From positions 22,969-86,968 of the IMG/VR virus record IMGVR_UViG_3300033153_010610: a DNA stretch of 64,000 nucleotides; one strand, given 5' to 3'. Below the pieces are notes generated by a model. That model had not been told where the DNA came from and did not search any database. It saw only the letters and a list, made by a program, of their open reading frames with translations. The stretch comes from a virus. How positions within the stretch are numbered: the stretch's first letter is position 1; each line of letters starts with the position of its first letter. Made by a program: the position numbers and the translations under genes. Of the stretch, positions 1-8,173 are shown piece after piece.

Positions 1-9
1 TAGCGTCTT

Positions 10-351
10 TCATATGTCCTCCTCACAGATGTCGCATCTCCGGTGCCCGTGCACACAGACCCCAGAGGCCTTGAAGACTGGTTGGATCTGTTCCTGTCGG
101 GTGGGGGTTCTCAGCCCAGCTTGCAGACGCTCGACCTCGGCCACCAACCAGTCGATAGCCGGGACCATCTTCTCGTAGGCAAAATCAACTAGGTCGGCCG
201 CCCCGCGGAGGTTTCCGGAAAAGCGACAGAAGGCAGGGTGCCCGTCTTCGTCTCTTTCCCGTCGTTCGGCTTCGACCACCAGTATCTCGCGGACGAACTC
301 TCGATCAGCGACCAACGGGAGACGTAGTGCTTTGACTTCCTCGAGTGTCAT
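10..351 (-). CDS. Hypothetical protein with C-terminal Cys/His Zn-binding motif
   Basis: Probable start MTLEEVK after GGAGG; ends CVHGHRRCDIC; start overlaps the upstream stop. Confidence 0.6.
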   Translation of the reverse strand: MTLEEVKALRLPLVADREFVREILVVEAERRERDEDGHPAFCRFSGNLRGAADLVDFAYEKMVPAIDWLVAEVERLQAGLRTPTRQEQIQPVFKASGVCVHGHRRCDICEEDI

Positions 352-680
352 GCTGCCTCCTGCAGGTCGGCCCCCGAGAGGAAGGCCAGAGCAGCCACAT
401 CCGGTGGCACCTTCCCAAAGAGGTCTTCGTAGGTCTCCCCACAATCGAGTTGGAGGTCGATACAGGCATCGTTCCCGTGTACGTCCACGAGCTCCTGGAA
501 GATCTGGTAGCAGCGCAGGCAGTGCTTGATTCGCCACCACTCGCCGTCCCACAGGCCCTCATGAGCGACGTACTTGTGCCCTGGCTGTATGCTCTCCTGA
601 CAGGCTCCACACACGTGGTGGATACGAGCCTTACGGTTGTGCAGCATGTAGACGTCTGGCCTGTCGGCGGGGTCACACAT
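348..680 (-). CDS. Phage Zn-finger protein
   Basis: RKARIHHVCGACQESIQPGHKY...KHCLRC, two CxxC pairs. Confidence 0.65.
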   Translation of the reverse strand: MCDPADRPDVYMLHNRKARIHHVCGACQESIQPGHKYVAHEGLWDGEWWRIKHCLRCYQIFQELVDVHGNDACIDLQLDCGETYEDLFGKVPPDVAALAFLSGADLQEAA

Positions 681-984
681 CGGCTGTCTCCCCAAAGAGG
701 TCGATAGTGCGCGTGCAGCGCTCTGGATCTGGCGGGAACAGTTCATCTGCCCACTCTTGGACGGTCCGGTCTACGCCGGACTCGATAGCCTTGTCTGAGG
801 CGTAGAGAATTGTGTCCATGTCCCATCCGCTTGGGAGAGAATGCTTTGGCTTCCACTCGAAGGCAGTGGCGCAGTCCCGAGGCCCCCCGTCATCCACGAT
901 GGAACTCGCGGACTCGCATGCTTCCGATTCATCCTCAGCAACGACAAGGCCTTGAACCTCAATAGTTACAGTCCAGATCTTCAT
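673..984 (-). CDS. Hypothetical phage protein
   Basis: Start MKIWTVTIEV with AGGAG RBS; coupled to neighbours. Confidence 0.6.
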   Translation of the reverse strand: MKIWTVTIEVQGLVVAEDESEACESASSIVDDGGPRDCATAFEWKPKHSLPSGWDMDTILYASDKAIESGVDRTVQEWADELFPPDPERCTRTIDLFGETADV

Positions 985-995
985 GTGTGTTTCTC

Positions 996-1418
996 CTATC
1001 GAAGGGGCTGGTAGTGGATCTCCCCTCGGGAGTCTTTGCGAACCTGGATGACCATTAGGTCCAAACTCCGGGCGATTTGGGTACAACTAGCAGTCCCGCG
1101 TCCACCCGGGAACGCGATGACGCACTCTGGTTTGACCTCGAGTAGCATTGCCTTGTTGCGTCGAGGCCCCGCCCTCTTCCCATGTTCACGCCAGTCCGCC
1201 CTGGTCACGGGGAAAGCCTGCGTGGGGATGTGCATCTGATTGCAGCACTCCTTAGCGAGTGTGTCGAGTCCAGTAGCGTCGCCGTGCCCGAGCAGAGAGA
1301 TGCCACGGCTCTCCGCAATCCGCTGGATGACAGACCAAGCAAAGTCCTTGTCGTCGAAGTCACGCCCACCGGTCACCACGACCTTGATGGGCTTTTTGAG
1401 TTTCACGTCAGTCATCAC
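996..1418 (-). CDS. SLOG-superfamily protein (DUF2493/YspA-like)
   Basis: VVVTGGRDF, HGDATGLD, ADWREHGKRAGPRRNKAML, VIAFPGGRGT. Confidence 0.85.
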   Translation of the reverse strand: MMTDVKLKKPIKVVVTGGRDFDDKDFAWSVIQRIAESRGISLLGHGDATGLDTLAKECCNQMHIPTQAFPVTRADWREHGKRAGPRRNKAMLLEVKPECVIAFPGGRGTASCTQIARSLDLMVIQVRKDSRGEIHYQPLR

Positions 1419-1773
1419 CAGTCCTTAGCAGCAGGTTCTCGCGTTGATACCAGTCTACGAGCAGTTCGAGGTCGTCTCGGTCGAGGTCTTCCATACCGAT
1501 GGGCTTGCCCGGTGCCTCCCCTGTCCCATGGCAGGCAAAGCAGAGAGTTTCTGCCTTCCGGGGGACCAAAGGCATCAGGTGCGTCACCGCAAGTCCGCCA
1601 GCTATTCCCTTGCAAAGCACGATAGTTTGCGACCCTACGTCCCACGCTTCAGACCGCGTGGTGGTGTCGCAATGGAGTTCACACGGCCGCTCATCTTCCA
1701 CCGTGTGTCCCCAGTACCTCACCGCCGTGCCTTTGGGGTACATCTCGTTCCAGAGCTCGGCGGTCAGGTGCAT
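1408..1773 (-). CDS. Conserved phage hypothetical protein
   Basis: Start MHLTAELWNEMYPKGTAVRY after GGAGGAG; TTTRSEAW...GIAGGLAVTH; CxxCxGxG near the C-terminus. Confidence 0.6.
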   Translation of the reverse strand: MHLTAELWNEMYPKGTAVRYWGHTVEDERPCELHCDTTTRSEAWDVGSQTIVLCKGIAGGLAVTHLMPLVPRKAETLCFACHGTGEAPGKPIGMEDLDRDDLELLVDWYQRENLLLRTGDD

Positions 1774-2048
1774 GACTTCTCCTCCATCGAGCGAGCGAGC
1801 CCGAGGAGCCCGTAGCCAGCGATGTCTCGGAAGGGGCTTTCGCCTCCAAAGTCCTTGTTGGTGGCAATCCGAACCATCTTGTCGAAGATGCGGACGACCG
1901 CGAGCATGTCCCCGTAGGACCCCACAGGTACGCCGTCCGGCCAGAGGAGTCGCAGGAACTCTCCGCACTTATCAAAACTGCCGCCGTAAGCGTCGTTCTT
2001 CTTGTCGACCAGGGCGCCGACCTCTCTGCCGAGTTGTTCGTATTTCAT
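1764..2048 (-). CDS. Nucleotide-modification-associated domain 1 (Nmad1/DUF1599, MazG-like fold)
   Basis: KKNDAYGGSF...VRIFDKMVRI...ESPFRDIAGYGLL. Confidence 0.75.
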   Translation of the reverse strand: MKYEQLGREVGALVDKKNDAYGGSFDKCGEFLRLLWPDGVPVGSYGDMLAVVRIFDKMVRIATNKDFGGESPFRDIAGYGLLGLARSMEEKSCT

Positions 2049-2055
2049 TGTGTTC

Positions 2056-2622
2056 CTACCCGAACAAGTCGAGTTGAGTGGGTGGGACGACTTGACTCGC
2101 CCAATTTGCCCATGGGTGTTTGAGCCAGACGTCAGCTCGCCCGGGGTTCTTCTCTAGATGTGTCCAGCCCGCCATCCGGTAACAATGGCCTGGCAGATTA
2201 CTCTTGGACCGGCCTCGTTTTGTCTTTTCGGTCGATATGCCGGTGATGAGCCCCTCGACGGGTCCGGCGTAATGAAGTTGCAGGGCAATCCGGGATTCTG
2301 GGGAGTTAAGAGCGGAGACAGCTTTCACTATCAATTCTGACGCGAGGTCAGTCTCCCCGACACGACGAAACATGGTGCACTCGAGGACGCGTAGTCCGTC
2401 CTTGCGCTGGGTACCCGGTCGTCCGTCTTCCCACTTGGGCCTCCACCAGCAGAAGAGCGCCTCACCTTGTGGGTACTTCGCATACAAGACAAAGTTGTAG
2501 CCGGGCCGCGTCCACATAGGATGCCCCGGGGTCCCCCGTGTGTAGTGCTTGTCCGCAAGCAAACGAGCCCGGAGGTCGCCTTTATGGGTCGAGGCCCACG
2601 GGGATGGGATAGGTTCAGACAT
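2056..2622 (-). CDS. Putative Mom-like GNAT-fold DNA modification protein
   Basis: LADKHYTR..PG, ECTMFRR..LASELI, PGHCYRMAGW resemble Mom-like proteins; start overlaps the methyltransferase stop. Confidence 0.45.
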   Translation of the reverse strand: MSEPIPSPWASTHKGDLRARLLADKHYTRGTPGHPMWTRPGYNFVLYAKYPQGEALFCWWRPKWEDGRPGTQRKDGLRVLECTMFRRVGETDLASELIVKAVSALNSPESRIALQLHYAGPVEGLITGISTEKTKRGRSKSNLPGHCYRMAGWTHLEKNPGRADVWLKHPWANWASQVVPPTQLDLFG

Positions 2623-3463
2623 CCGCAATCAGCCCTCTAATGAGGTGTCCGAGGATTTGCCCGACGGCCGGGACGACTGCGTTCCCGAGGGCGGTGATGC
2701 GGTCCAATCGATGGGAAACCCTTGGAATATTTCCGCCCAGACCGGGTTCAATGGTCCCTTCATTCCCAACTTCCGGAGTTTCACGATCAGACCATCCCCG
2801 CTCTTTCCCCCATAGGTCGCCTTGTTGTAGTTCCCCTTGACGGTCAGCGTGGGGAGCCATCCATACGTGGCGAGGCGTCTGATCCCGGCTCTTTTGAAGC
2901 CGCCAAGTCCACGCGGCACTCCCAACCGTTCGAGCGAGTCGAGACAGTTCTCCCTCAGTGTCACCTCGTGTCGTGATGCGACGATGGTAGGCAACGACAA
3001 AGCCTCGGTCTCTGGTGTGGGGGAGTCCAACGTCAAGGGCTCGCAGGCGAGTTGACACAGAGGAATACCCTGATTCCCAGAGGGCGCGCCGCACTGTGGG
3101 CATCCAGGTCTTCCACCGGTGTCCGTTGTTCTCGATGACGACCCACTCTGGCTCGACCTCTTGGACGATTCGGAGCATTTCCCACCAGAGTCCGGACTTG
3201 TTCCCGTCGAGTCCGAGGTGCCTGGAGGAGGAGGCCGGGGAGATGTCGGTGCAGGGGAATCCTCCGCAGATGAGACCAACATAGGGCGGGTTTTTGAGGT
3301 CACGGATATCTCCGAAGAGGGTTGCGTCAGGATAGTGATGGCGCAGCACCCGCCGCGGGTACTCGGCAGTTTCACACTGCCAGACCACAGGGCCTAGCCC
3401 GGCCTGCTCGAGCCCGAGGCCGAGGCCCTCCACTCCGGAGAAAAGTGACCCAATCGTCAGCAT
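2615..3463 (-). CDS. DNA (cytosine-5)-methyltransferase, alpha polypeptide
   Basis: Motif I SLFSGVEG, IV GGFPC, VI IENN, VIII HTRDR, X ALGNAVVP; motif IX absent in this frame; GGAGG upstream of ATG 3463. Confidence 0.9.
   Translation of the reverse strand: MLTIGSLFSGVEGLGLGLEQAGLGPVVWQCETAEYPRRVLRHHYPDATLFGDIRDLKNPPYVGLICGGFPCTDISPASSSRHLGLDGNKSGLWWEMLRIVQEVEPEWVVIENNGHRWKTWMPTVRRALWESGYSSVSTRLRALDVGLPHTRDRGFVVAYHRRITTRGDTEGELSRLARTVGSAAWTWRLQKSRDQTPRHVWMAPHADRQGELQQGDLWGKERGWSDRETPEVGNEGTIEPGLGGNIPRVSHRLDRITALGNAVVPAVGQILGHLIRGLIADV
2629..3282 (-). CDS. C5 methyltransferase beta polypeptide (TRD + motif IX), overlapping alternative frame
   Basis: Open frame nested in alpha with LPTLTVKGNYN..SGDGL and GPLNPVWAEIFQGFPIDWT; start uncertain (ATG 3282 or a later start). 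Confidence 0.7.
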   Translation of the reverse strand: MLVSSAEDSPAPTSPRPPPPGTSDSTGTSPDSGGKCSESSKRSSQSGSSSRTTDTGGRPGCPQCGAPSGNQGIPLCQLACEPLTLDSPTPETEALSLPTIVASRHEVTLRENCLDSLERLGVPRGLGGFKRAGIRRLATYGWLPTLTVKGNYNKATYGGKSGDGLIVKLRKLGMKGPLNPVWAEIFQGFPIDWTASPPSGTQSSRPSGKSSDTSLEG

Positions 3464-3663
3464 TCTGCTCTCTGCCTCCGAGCGCCCTCTCTCTCGATGG
3501 CGTGGCTCCATTTCCGAGTTCGTTTGCAGCAGATGCAATCCACCTTTGAGGCCTTCTTCGAGACACGCTCCGGCTCGTTGTAGAATCGACGCCCGCATGC
3601 GGTGTCAGCAACTTGCAGGCCCGAGTTCCGGAAAGACTGGAAGTTGTAGTGGAGTGAGCTCAC
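3457..3663 (-). CDS. Small Cys-rich hypothetical protein
   Basis: GTG start overlapping the MazG stop; H..TACG..VDCICC. Confidence 0.5.
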   Translation of the reverse strand: MSSLHYNFQSFRNSGLQVADTACGRRFYNEPERVSKKASKVDCICCKRTRKWSHAIEREGARRQRAEC

Positions 3664-4226
3664 AGGAGCTTCCCTCCATGACGGTGTGGCCGGGAGATGT
3701 TGTAGTCGTGTTTCATATCCACGACCCTGTCGATGTCGATGTTGAGAGCGCCACACAGATCGAGGCAACGGATGATGACGTCGGCGAGCTCAACAGGCAT
3801 CCCCTCGGGCTTCATGTTCCCTTGGCCGTCCATTACGCGGGAGAAGGTCCTTGGGTGGACATGCGGGACTCTGAGGTCTTCAGCGCACTCGGACACTTCG
3901 GCATGGATCATCAAGAGCTTCTTGGCGATTTGGTCTCGAAGAGGGGAGCCGTCTTCCTCCCACCAGCCTTTCGCTTTCGCGAGGTCGTGGATCCGATCGC
4001 GCCACTCGTTCAGATCCCAACCTTGTTCCTTTTTCGACTCCGGAGCCATACGGAGCAGTTCGGCCCACCTTCGCTCGTAGTCCTGGTTCTGCTTCTGAGC
4101 CCTGGCGAGTTGCCCTTGTGTAGACTCCAGGACCTCTTGGGAACGGTCTAGGGCTACCTTACCCATCGCCAATTCAGTCTTCAAAACTACGAGTTGCACG
4201 TTCAACTCGACGATTCTGTCGCTCAT
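3660..4226 (-). CDS. MazG-like nucleotide pyrophosphohydrolase with N-terminal coiled coil
   Basis: AKAKGWW, LLMIHAEVSECAEDLR, KPEGMPVELADVIIRCLD, MKHDYNISRPHRHGGK; strong GGAGGAG before ATG 4226, frame open to 4388. Confidence 0.85.
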   Translation of the reverse strand: MSDRIVELNVQLVVLKTELAMGKVALDRSQEVLESTQGQLARAQKQNQDYERRWAELLRMAPESKKEQGWDLNEWRDRIHDLAKAKGWWEEDGSPLRDQIAKKLLMIHAEVSECAEDLRVPHVHPRTFSRVMDGQGNMKPEGMPVELADVIIRCLDLCGALNIDIDRVVDMKHDYNISRPHRHGGKLL

Positions 4227-4351
4227 CTCTCCTCCGATTCCGGTGATGACCCCCACTTGCGTGGAAGCGCCTTCTCTCTCGTTGACCAGGAGGACCACGT
4301 CGTTCGGTAGCCCCTCGACAATCTTGATCTTCATTGGGAACGGGAACATCT

Positions 4352-4750
4352 TCAACTTCTCACTAGCGAACCCTTCGGTTGATGGCATCTCGTAGGTCGT
4401 TGCATCAATTCGACGGTCCTCTCGTAGGCCAGCACTTCTGCGGCGTCACTGTCGAGCACGTCCCCTTCGAGGGTCCCGTGGTAGAGGATGATGGCCACTC
4501 GCTCCTCGAAGACCTGCTGCCAGTACTCATCCCACTCAGCGACGCGCTCCAGGATGGTGGGCTCCAGATGGTGCTCGAGATAGAGCGGGAGGCGGTGTGG
4601 GTCCTGCAATTTGGCCAGAGGCTCCTGCCACCAACAATCCGGACATTTCACGACCGCGATATTGGCCCAGTGCCAGATGCGGCGCCTGCAACTGCACAGG
4701 ACGTCAAACTGCTCGACCTTTTGGGTATGTTTGGACCCGACGATTTTCAT
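4352..4750 (-). CDS. Hypothetical protein (Zn ribbon + FEERxAI motif)
   Basis: CSC...CPDC; WQQVFEERVAIILYHG. Confidence 0.55.
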   Translation of the reverse strand: MKIVGSKHTQKVEQFDVLCSCRRRIWHWANIAVVKCPDCWWQEPLAKLQDPHRLPLYLEHHLEPTILERVAEWDEYWQQVFEERVAIILYHGTLEGDVLDSDAAEVLAYERTVELMQRPTRCHQPKGSLVRS

Positions 4751-5010
4751 GCTTTTTTGAATGGAAGGGGCTGCTTCGGGTCGTACAGGAAGCCGTTCTT
4801 CTTGACCCATGCCCGGTACTTCTTCGAGATGCGGCCGAGACGGTACTGGGACCCGCTGCTCGTCGTGACAACACGCCCTTCACACTTCCGGATGTACGAT
4901 GTCTCCACATGCTTCCCAGACTTTAGCCGTCCGCAAAGGTAGTCGCGGCCTAGTTCGGGGGCTCTGTATGGGTTCTCTCGTACGGACCAGTCTGCGATGT
5001 GCTTCTCCAT
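4747..5010 (-). CDS. Conserved phage hypothetical protein
   Basis: PYRAPE...VETSYI...VVTTSSGSQYRLG; coupled start/stop. Confidence 0.6.
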   Translation of the reverse strand: MEKHIADWSVRENPYRAPELGRDYLCGRLKSGKHVETSYIRKCEGRVVTTSSGSQYRLGRISKKYRAWVKKNGFLYDPKQPLPFKKA

Positions 5011-5426
5011 CAGTACCTCCGGTCTCGAAGCAGTTCGGGGTGATCGGCTTTGATCCTGTCCAACTCTTCCCGTCGAAAGAACACCCTAGACGTGCGGTGT
5101 GGCCCAGACTTCTCGTATTGGACATCACCATTCCGCATGAGACGCTCCAACATACGGACGCTGATTTTGAGATATCGGCTCGCTTTGGGCCGGCTCACCC
5201 AGTCAGGGTCGTTCGTGAACCCATTGGCGAGGTGGTCGATGTCCGCACGCTTCGACAGCCACGCTTCGACGTCAGAGCACTTGTAGTAGTACTTCGAGGT
5301 CCCACTGCCCGTACCGTTACGCTCGACGTAGGGAGGCCCGACGCCGCGCTTCCGGGCACGGTAGAGCAGGTTCCAACTGACCCCGAATTGGCGAGCTGCC
5401 GCTGTCTCTCCGATGAGGTCACTCAT
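5010..5426 (-). CDS. Tandem excisionase/MerR-type (HTH_17-like) DNA-binding protein
   Basis: Two repeats: AAARQFGVSWNLLYRARKRGVGPPY..YKCSDVEAWL and KASRYLKISVRMLERLMRNGDV..FRREELD. Confidence 0.75.
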   Translation of the reverse strand: MSDLIGETAAARQFGVSWNLLYRARKRGVGPPYVERNGTGSGTSKYYYKCSDVEAWLSKRADIDHLANGFTNDPDWVSRPKASRYLKISVRMLERLMRNGDVQYEKSGPHRTSRVFFRREELDRIKADHPELLRDRRY

Positions 5427-6933
5427 CGTCGGGCTCGCCCTGCATTCGTTGCGCAGTGGGATAGGCGCTCAACGCCCCCGAACCCAAGAGGCCTAGCACT
5501 CCCTTTGGGATGGCCAAGCTGTCCAGGAAGCGCTCCTTCCAGTCATCCATAGTCTTCTTGAGTTCTGAGTACGTATCCGGCCAAGGCGCCCCGACTTCGA
5601 AGGTGATGTCAGCCACGTGCTTTTGGGATTTGTACTCTCTGCTGAAGACAACACCCTCGCCCGCGTCTGGCAACTCACCATCATGGAAGTACCCGTCAGA
5701 CCTCTGAGGGCCACCCATCATGGCTTTATGTATGTCCTCGACATCGGCCGTGCCATAACGCTTAGTAAAGTCCGGGTCTCCGTCCCGGTGATGCATGTTT
5801 GACGGGCGGTAGACGACCACCCGCCGCAGCCAAGAGCACATCATTGCGACGCCCTTGCCCAGGTCATTCCGGTGCCAGCGGTCCGCGCATCGGCGCGAGT
5901 AGATGTCGGAGGTATCTCCCTCGCGCCGCTCGGTCACCTCGAAGTTGTGAGGCGGGATAGCCGGCCATGTGTACTTCCCGCACTTCACATACCCTTCTGG
6001 GGTCTTGGGATAGATCTGGAAACCGAAGGTCGGGTTCGGCGGCAAAAGCATGGTCTCGACCATCTTCTTTCTCGCCGAGACGATTGCCTCCTCCAGGCCT
6101 ACCGGGTCGGGGAAATTATCCAGGCAGCATCGAGTCCAGGATTGGAGCCCATCCATCAGGTCAGGGTCCAGATTCCGATTGAGCAGGTGCGCGACCAACT
6201 CCCGCTGCATTTGATGTGGCAGCGCGAGGACCTTGAACTGTAATTCGCCCTCTTGAAGGCCCAAGGCCGCACTACGGTGGCCGTCAACATGGTCCGTCAG
6301 CCGCAGGGAGGCTATGTGCTTCATCTGAGTCCAGTCTCGACCCCTCCGGTCATTCTCGGGCTCGTACCACGTGTGGAGATAGTTGGCGGTGAGGCCGTTG
6401 ACATCTTTGGGCCAGTAACGGCCTTGGCAGCGACTGGGGAGGTCATCAAACATGTAGGCCGCGGCGTTACACCGATCATCAACTTCCACGCCGTAGGTGA
6501 CTTCGCCGCAGTGGTTGCATACGAGATGGAGGTCAGTCGTAGCCTCTTTGCGCTCGGACTCGATCTGCACACTGGCGAAGTTGGTCAGTGACTGGAGTAG
6601 CCATTCTCCCGGAGACTCCACCTCATCCCAATTCTCTGGCGCTACCCAGAGATGACCCAACTTGTTCCGCAGGTGCATCAGGATCCCGCTGATGTTGGTA
6701 GATACCTCGTACCTGGGTAGGTCCAAGTTCGGGGCGTCCGACCACGAGTCGATGGACCGACGGTCCCCGGGCCCAAAATAGAAGGCCACAGCAGGACCGG
6801 TCAGATGCGACCTGTACGAGCCCAGGCTAGGGTGGAACGACACGTCGAGACGTATCCCGAGGTTGTCGCTCGTGTAGACCCGGCTCACGATGCCGAGGAC
6901 AGTCTGCCCGACTAGTTTTGAAAGGGCCGTCAT
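5419..6933 (-). CDS. Hypothetical protein (504 aa)
   Basis: Long ORF with AGGAGGT RBS; no recognisable motif. Confidence 0.7.
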   Translation of the reverse strand: MTALSKLVGQTVLGIVSRVYTSDNLGIRLDVSFHPSLGSYRSHLTGPAVAFYFGPGDRRSIDSWSDAPNLDLPRYEVSTNISGILMHLRNKLGHLWVAPENWDEVESPGEWLLQSLTNFASVQIESERKEATTDLHLVCNHCGEVTYGVEVDDRCNAAAYMFDDLPSRCQGRYWPKDVNGLTANYLHTWYEPENDRRGRDWTQMKHIASLRLTDHVDGHRSAALGLQEGELQFKVLALPHQMQRELVAHLLNRNLDPDLMDGLQSWTRCCLDNFPDPVGLEEAIVSARKKMVETMLLPPNPTFGFQIYPKTPEGYVKCGKYTWPAIPPHNFEVTERREGDTSDIYSRRCADRWHRNDLGKGVAMMCSWLRRVVVYRPSNMHHRDGDPDFTKRYGTADVEDIHKAMMGGPQRSDGYFHDGELPDAGEGVVFSREYKSQKHVADITFEVGAPWPDTYSELKKTMDDWKERFLDSLAIPKGVLGLLGSGALSAYPTAQRMQGEPDDE

Positions 6934-6941
6934 GGGACCTC

Positions 6942-7181
6942 CTAGTTCATCACGATGTCGAGCACGACCAGCTTGGTCAGCATCGACATGAGGTGCGTCG
7001 TGCGGTCATGCGCCTCCGCCTCCTCCTCAGAGGCGTAGACGAACAGCCACATCTCCTTACTTTTGGGGTCTGCAGAGTCCGTATGGAAGCGGCCCCATCG
7101 GCCATTCTCCATCGGAACCGGAGCGTAGTCGTTGATGGACTTTAAGAGCACGAATACTCCTGCTTTTGGAGTGGATGTCAT
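6942..7181 (-). CDS. Hypothetical protein
   Basis: ORF with AAGGA RBS directly downstream of a promoter motif. Confidence 0.55.
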   Translation of the reverse strand: MTSTPKAGVFVLLKSINDYAPVPMENGRWGRFHTDSADPKSKEMWLFVYASEEEAEAHDRTTHLMSMLTKLVVLDIVMN

Positions 7182-7196
7182 TCAGCATTCCTTGCA

Positions 7197-7225
7197 ATTA
7201 TACTCGTCCTCCATGACGTCTTGTC
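7197..7225 (-). promoter_or_regulatory. Promoter GACAAG-N17-TATAAT(TG)
   Basis: Perfect -10 in an intergenic gap; same architecture as the two motifs at 8.8 kb. Confidence 0.6.
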
Positions 7226-7226
7226 T

Positions 7227-8105
7227 CTACGAGACGAGTTTCTTTTGTGAAGGGCCGATGATGGCCAGGATCTCTTCTTTCAGGTCCGAGGTCTCCCCGC
7301 GGAGCTTTTCGAGTGGTCTTTTGGGGAGGCGGAGGACACTGAGCCGCCTTCCTCGATCGACGTCGTCGAGCAGTTTGAGTGTCACCATCCAGATATCCCC
7401 TGCGGAGAATCCACCTCGCTGGCCCTTCAACTTCTGGCGCAACATTGAGATGCGGAAAGACGCTGTCGGGTGATCCGTTGGGAAACGAGAGGGCTCTGCG
7501 AAGGCATCTAGGATTTCGTCTACGCGCTCGATATCGAAACGAAGCCGGCCTATGGCAGCGGCTGAGATGGATGGTCGCGGAAGGAAGGTGTGGGTGGCGT
7601 AGTAGAAACGTGAGATGTCGTCCCAGGGCAGCTCAACCTCGTCCAGCGCGACGACTCCCGCCGTGTCTATGTGGTATTGGTAGGGGGACACGTCGATGCC
7701 CCCGTGACGTGCCCACACGCCCAGAGTGCGGAGGACAGTCTGGCGAAGCCGAGAGTGTTTAAGCCCACGACCAGCGAAGATCTGAGCAGGTGTCCGCATC
7801 CGGCCCGCATCGATGGTGGTGGATACGTCACGTTCGCTCGAACTGTGGCAGTTATAAACGAGCAGGAAGGGGCCTTCTACCCCAGACTCGATGATGGCTT
7901 TAAGACGGTGTTGGCCGTCAATCAGAGAGCCGTCGCCATTGAACTTGATGGTCTCCCCGTTTGCGTAGTCCCACCTGCCTGTGCTCATCAAGTGAGCGTA
8001 TCGGATGACAGTTGTTCGGCTCACCTTACGGACGTTTTCGTTGAGGCTTAGGATGTCCTCAGCGACCTGAGGCGTAATCGTTTGCCATTTAGCATCAGGG
8101 AGCAT
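7227..8105 (-). CDS. ParB-like N-terminal (DGQHR) domain protein
   Basis: TITPQVAEDIL..NVRKVS..YAHLMSTGRW..NGETIKF..LIDGQHRLKAIIESG. Confidence 0.75.
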   Translation of the reverse strand: MLPDAKWQTITPQVAEDILSLNENVRKVSRTTVIRYAHLMSTGRWDYANGETIKFNGDGSLIDGQHRLKAIIESGVEGPFLLVYNCHSSSERDVSTTIDAGRMRTPAQIFAGRGLKHSRLRQTVLRTLGVWARHGGIDVSPYQYHIDTAGVVALDEVELPWDDISRFYYATHTFLPRPSISAAAIGRLRFDIERVDEILDAFAEPSRFPTDHPTASFRISMLRQKLKGQRGGFSAGDIWMVTLKLLDDVDRGRRLSVLRLPKRPLEKLRGETSDLKEEILAIIGPSQKKLVS

Positions 8106-8144
8106 GTGTGTTTCTCCGTGTGTGATATTCAGCTTCCACCGATG

Positions 8145-8173
8145 AAGGTACCCGGCTAGTCTAATCCCGTCAA
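8145..8173 (-). promoter_or_regulatory. Sigma70-like promoter TTGACG-N17-TACCTT
   Basis: Intergenic, upstream of the ParB-like gene. Confidence 0.55.

Noticed and set aside
3464-3598. N-terminal extension of the C5 methyltransferase in the ORF track
   Set aside because: Motif I begins right after ATG 3463, which has an RBS; the extension overlaps another small gene
5010-5426. Excisionase implying a prophage boundary
   Set aside because: No integrase, att site or host genes in the window; HTH_17-type proteins are often regulators
7227-8105. DGQHR protein as DndB/phosphorothioation component
   Set aside because: No dnd/ssp genes nearby; the N-terminus fits the common phage ParB-like family
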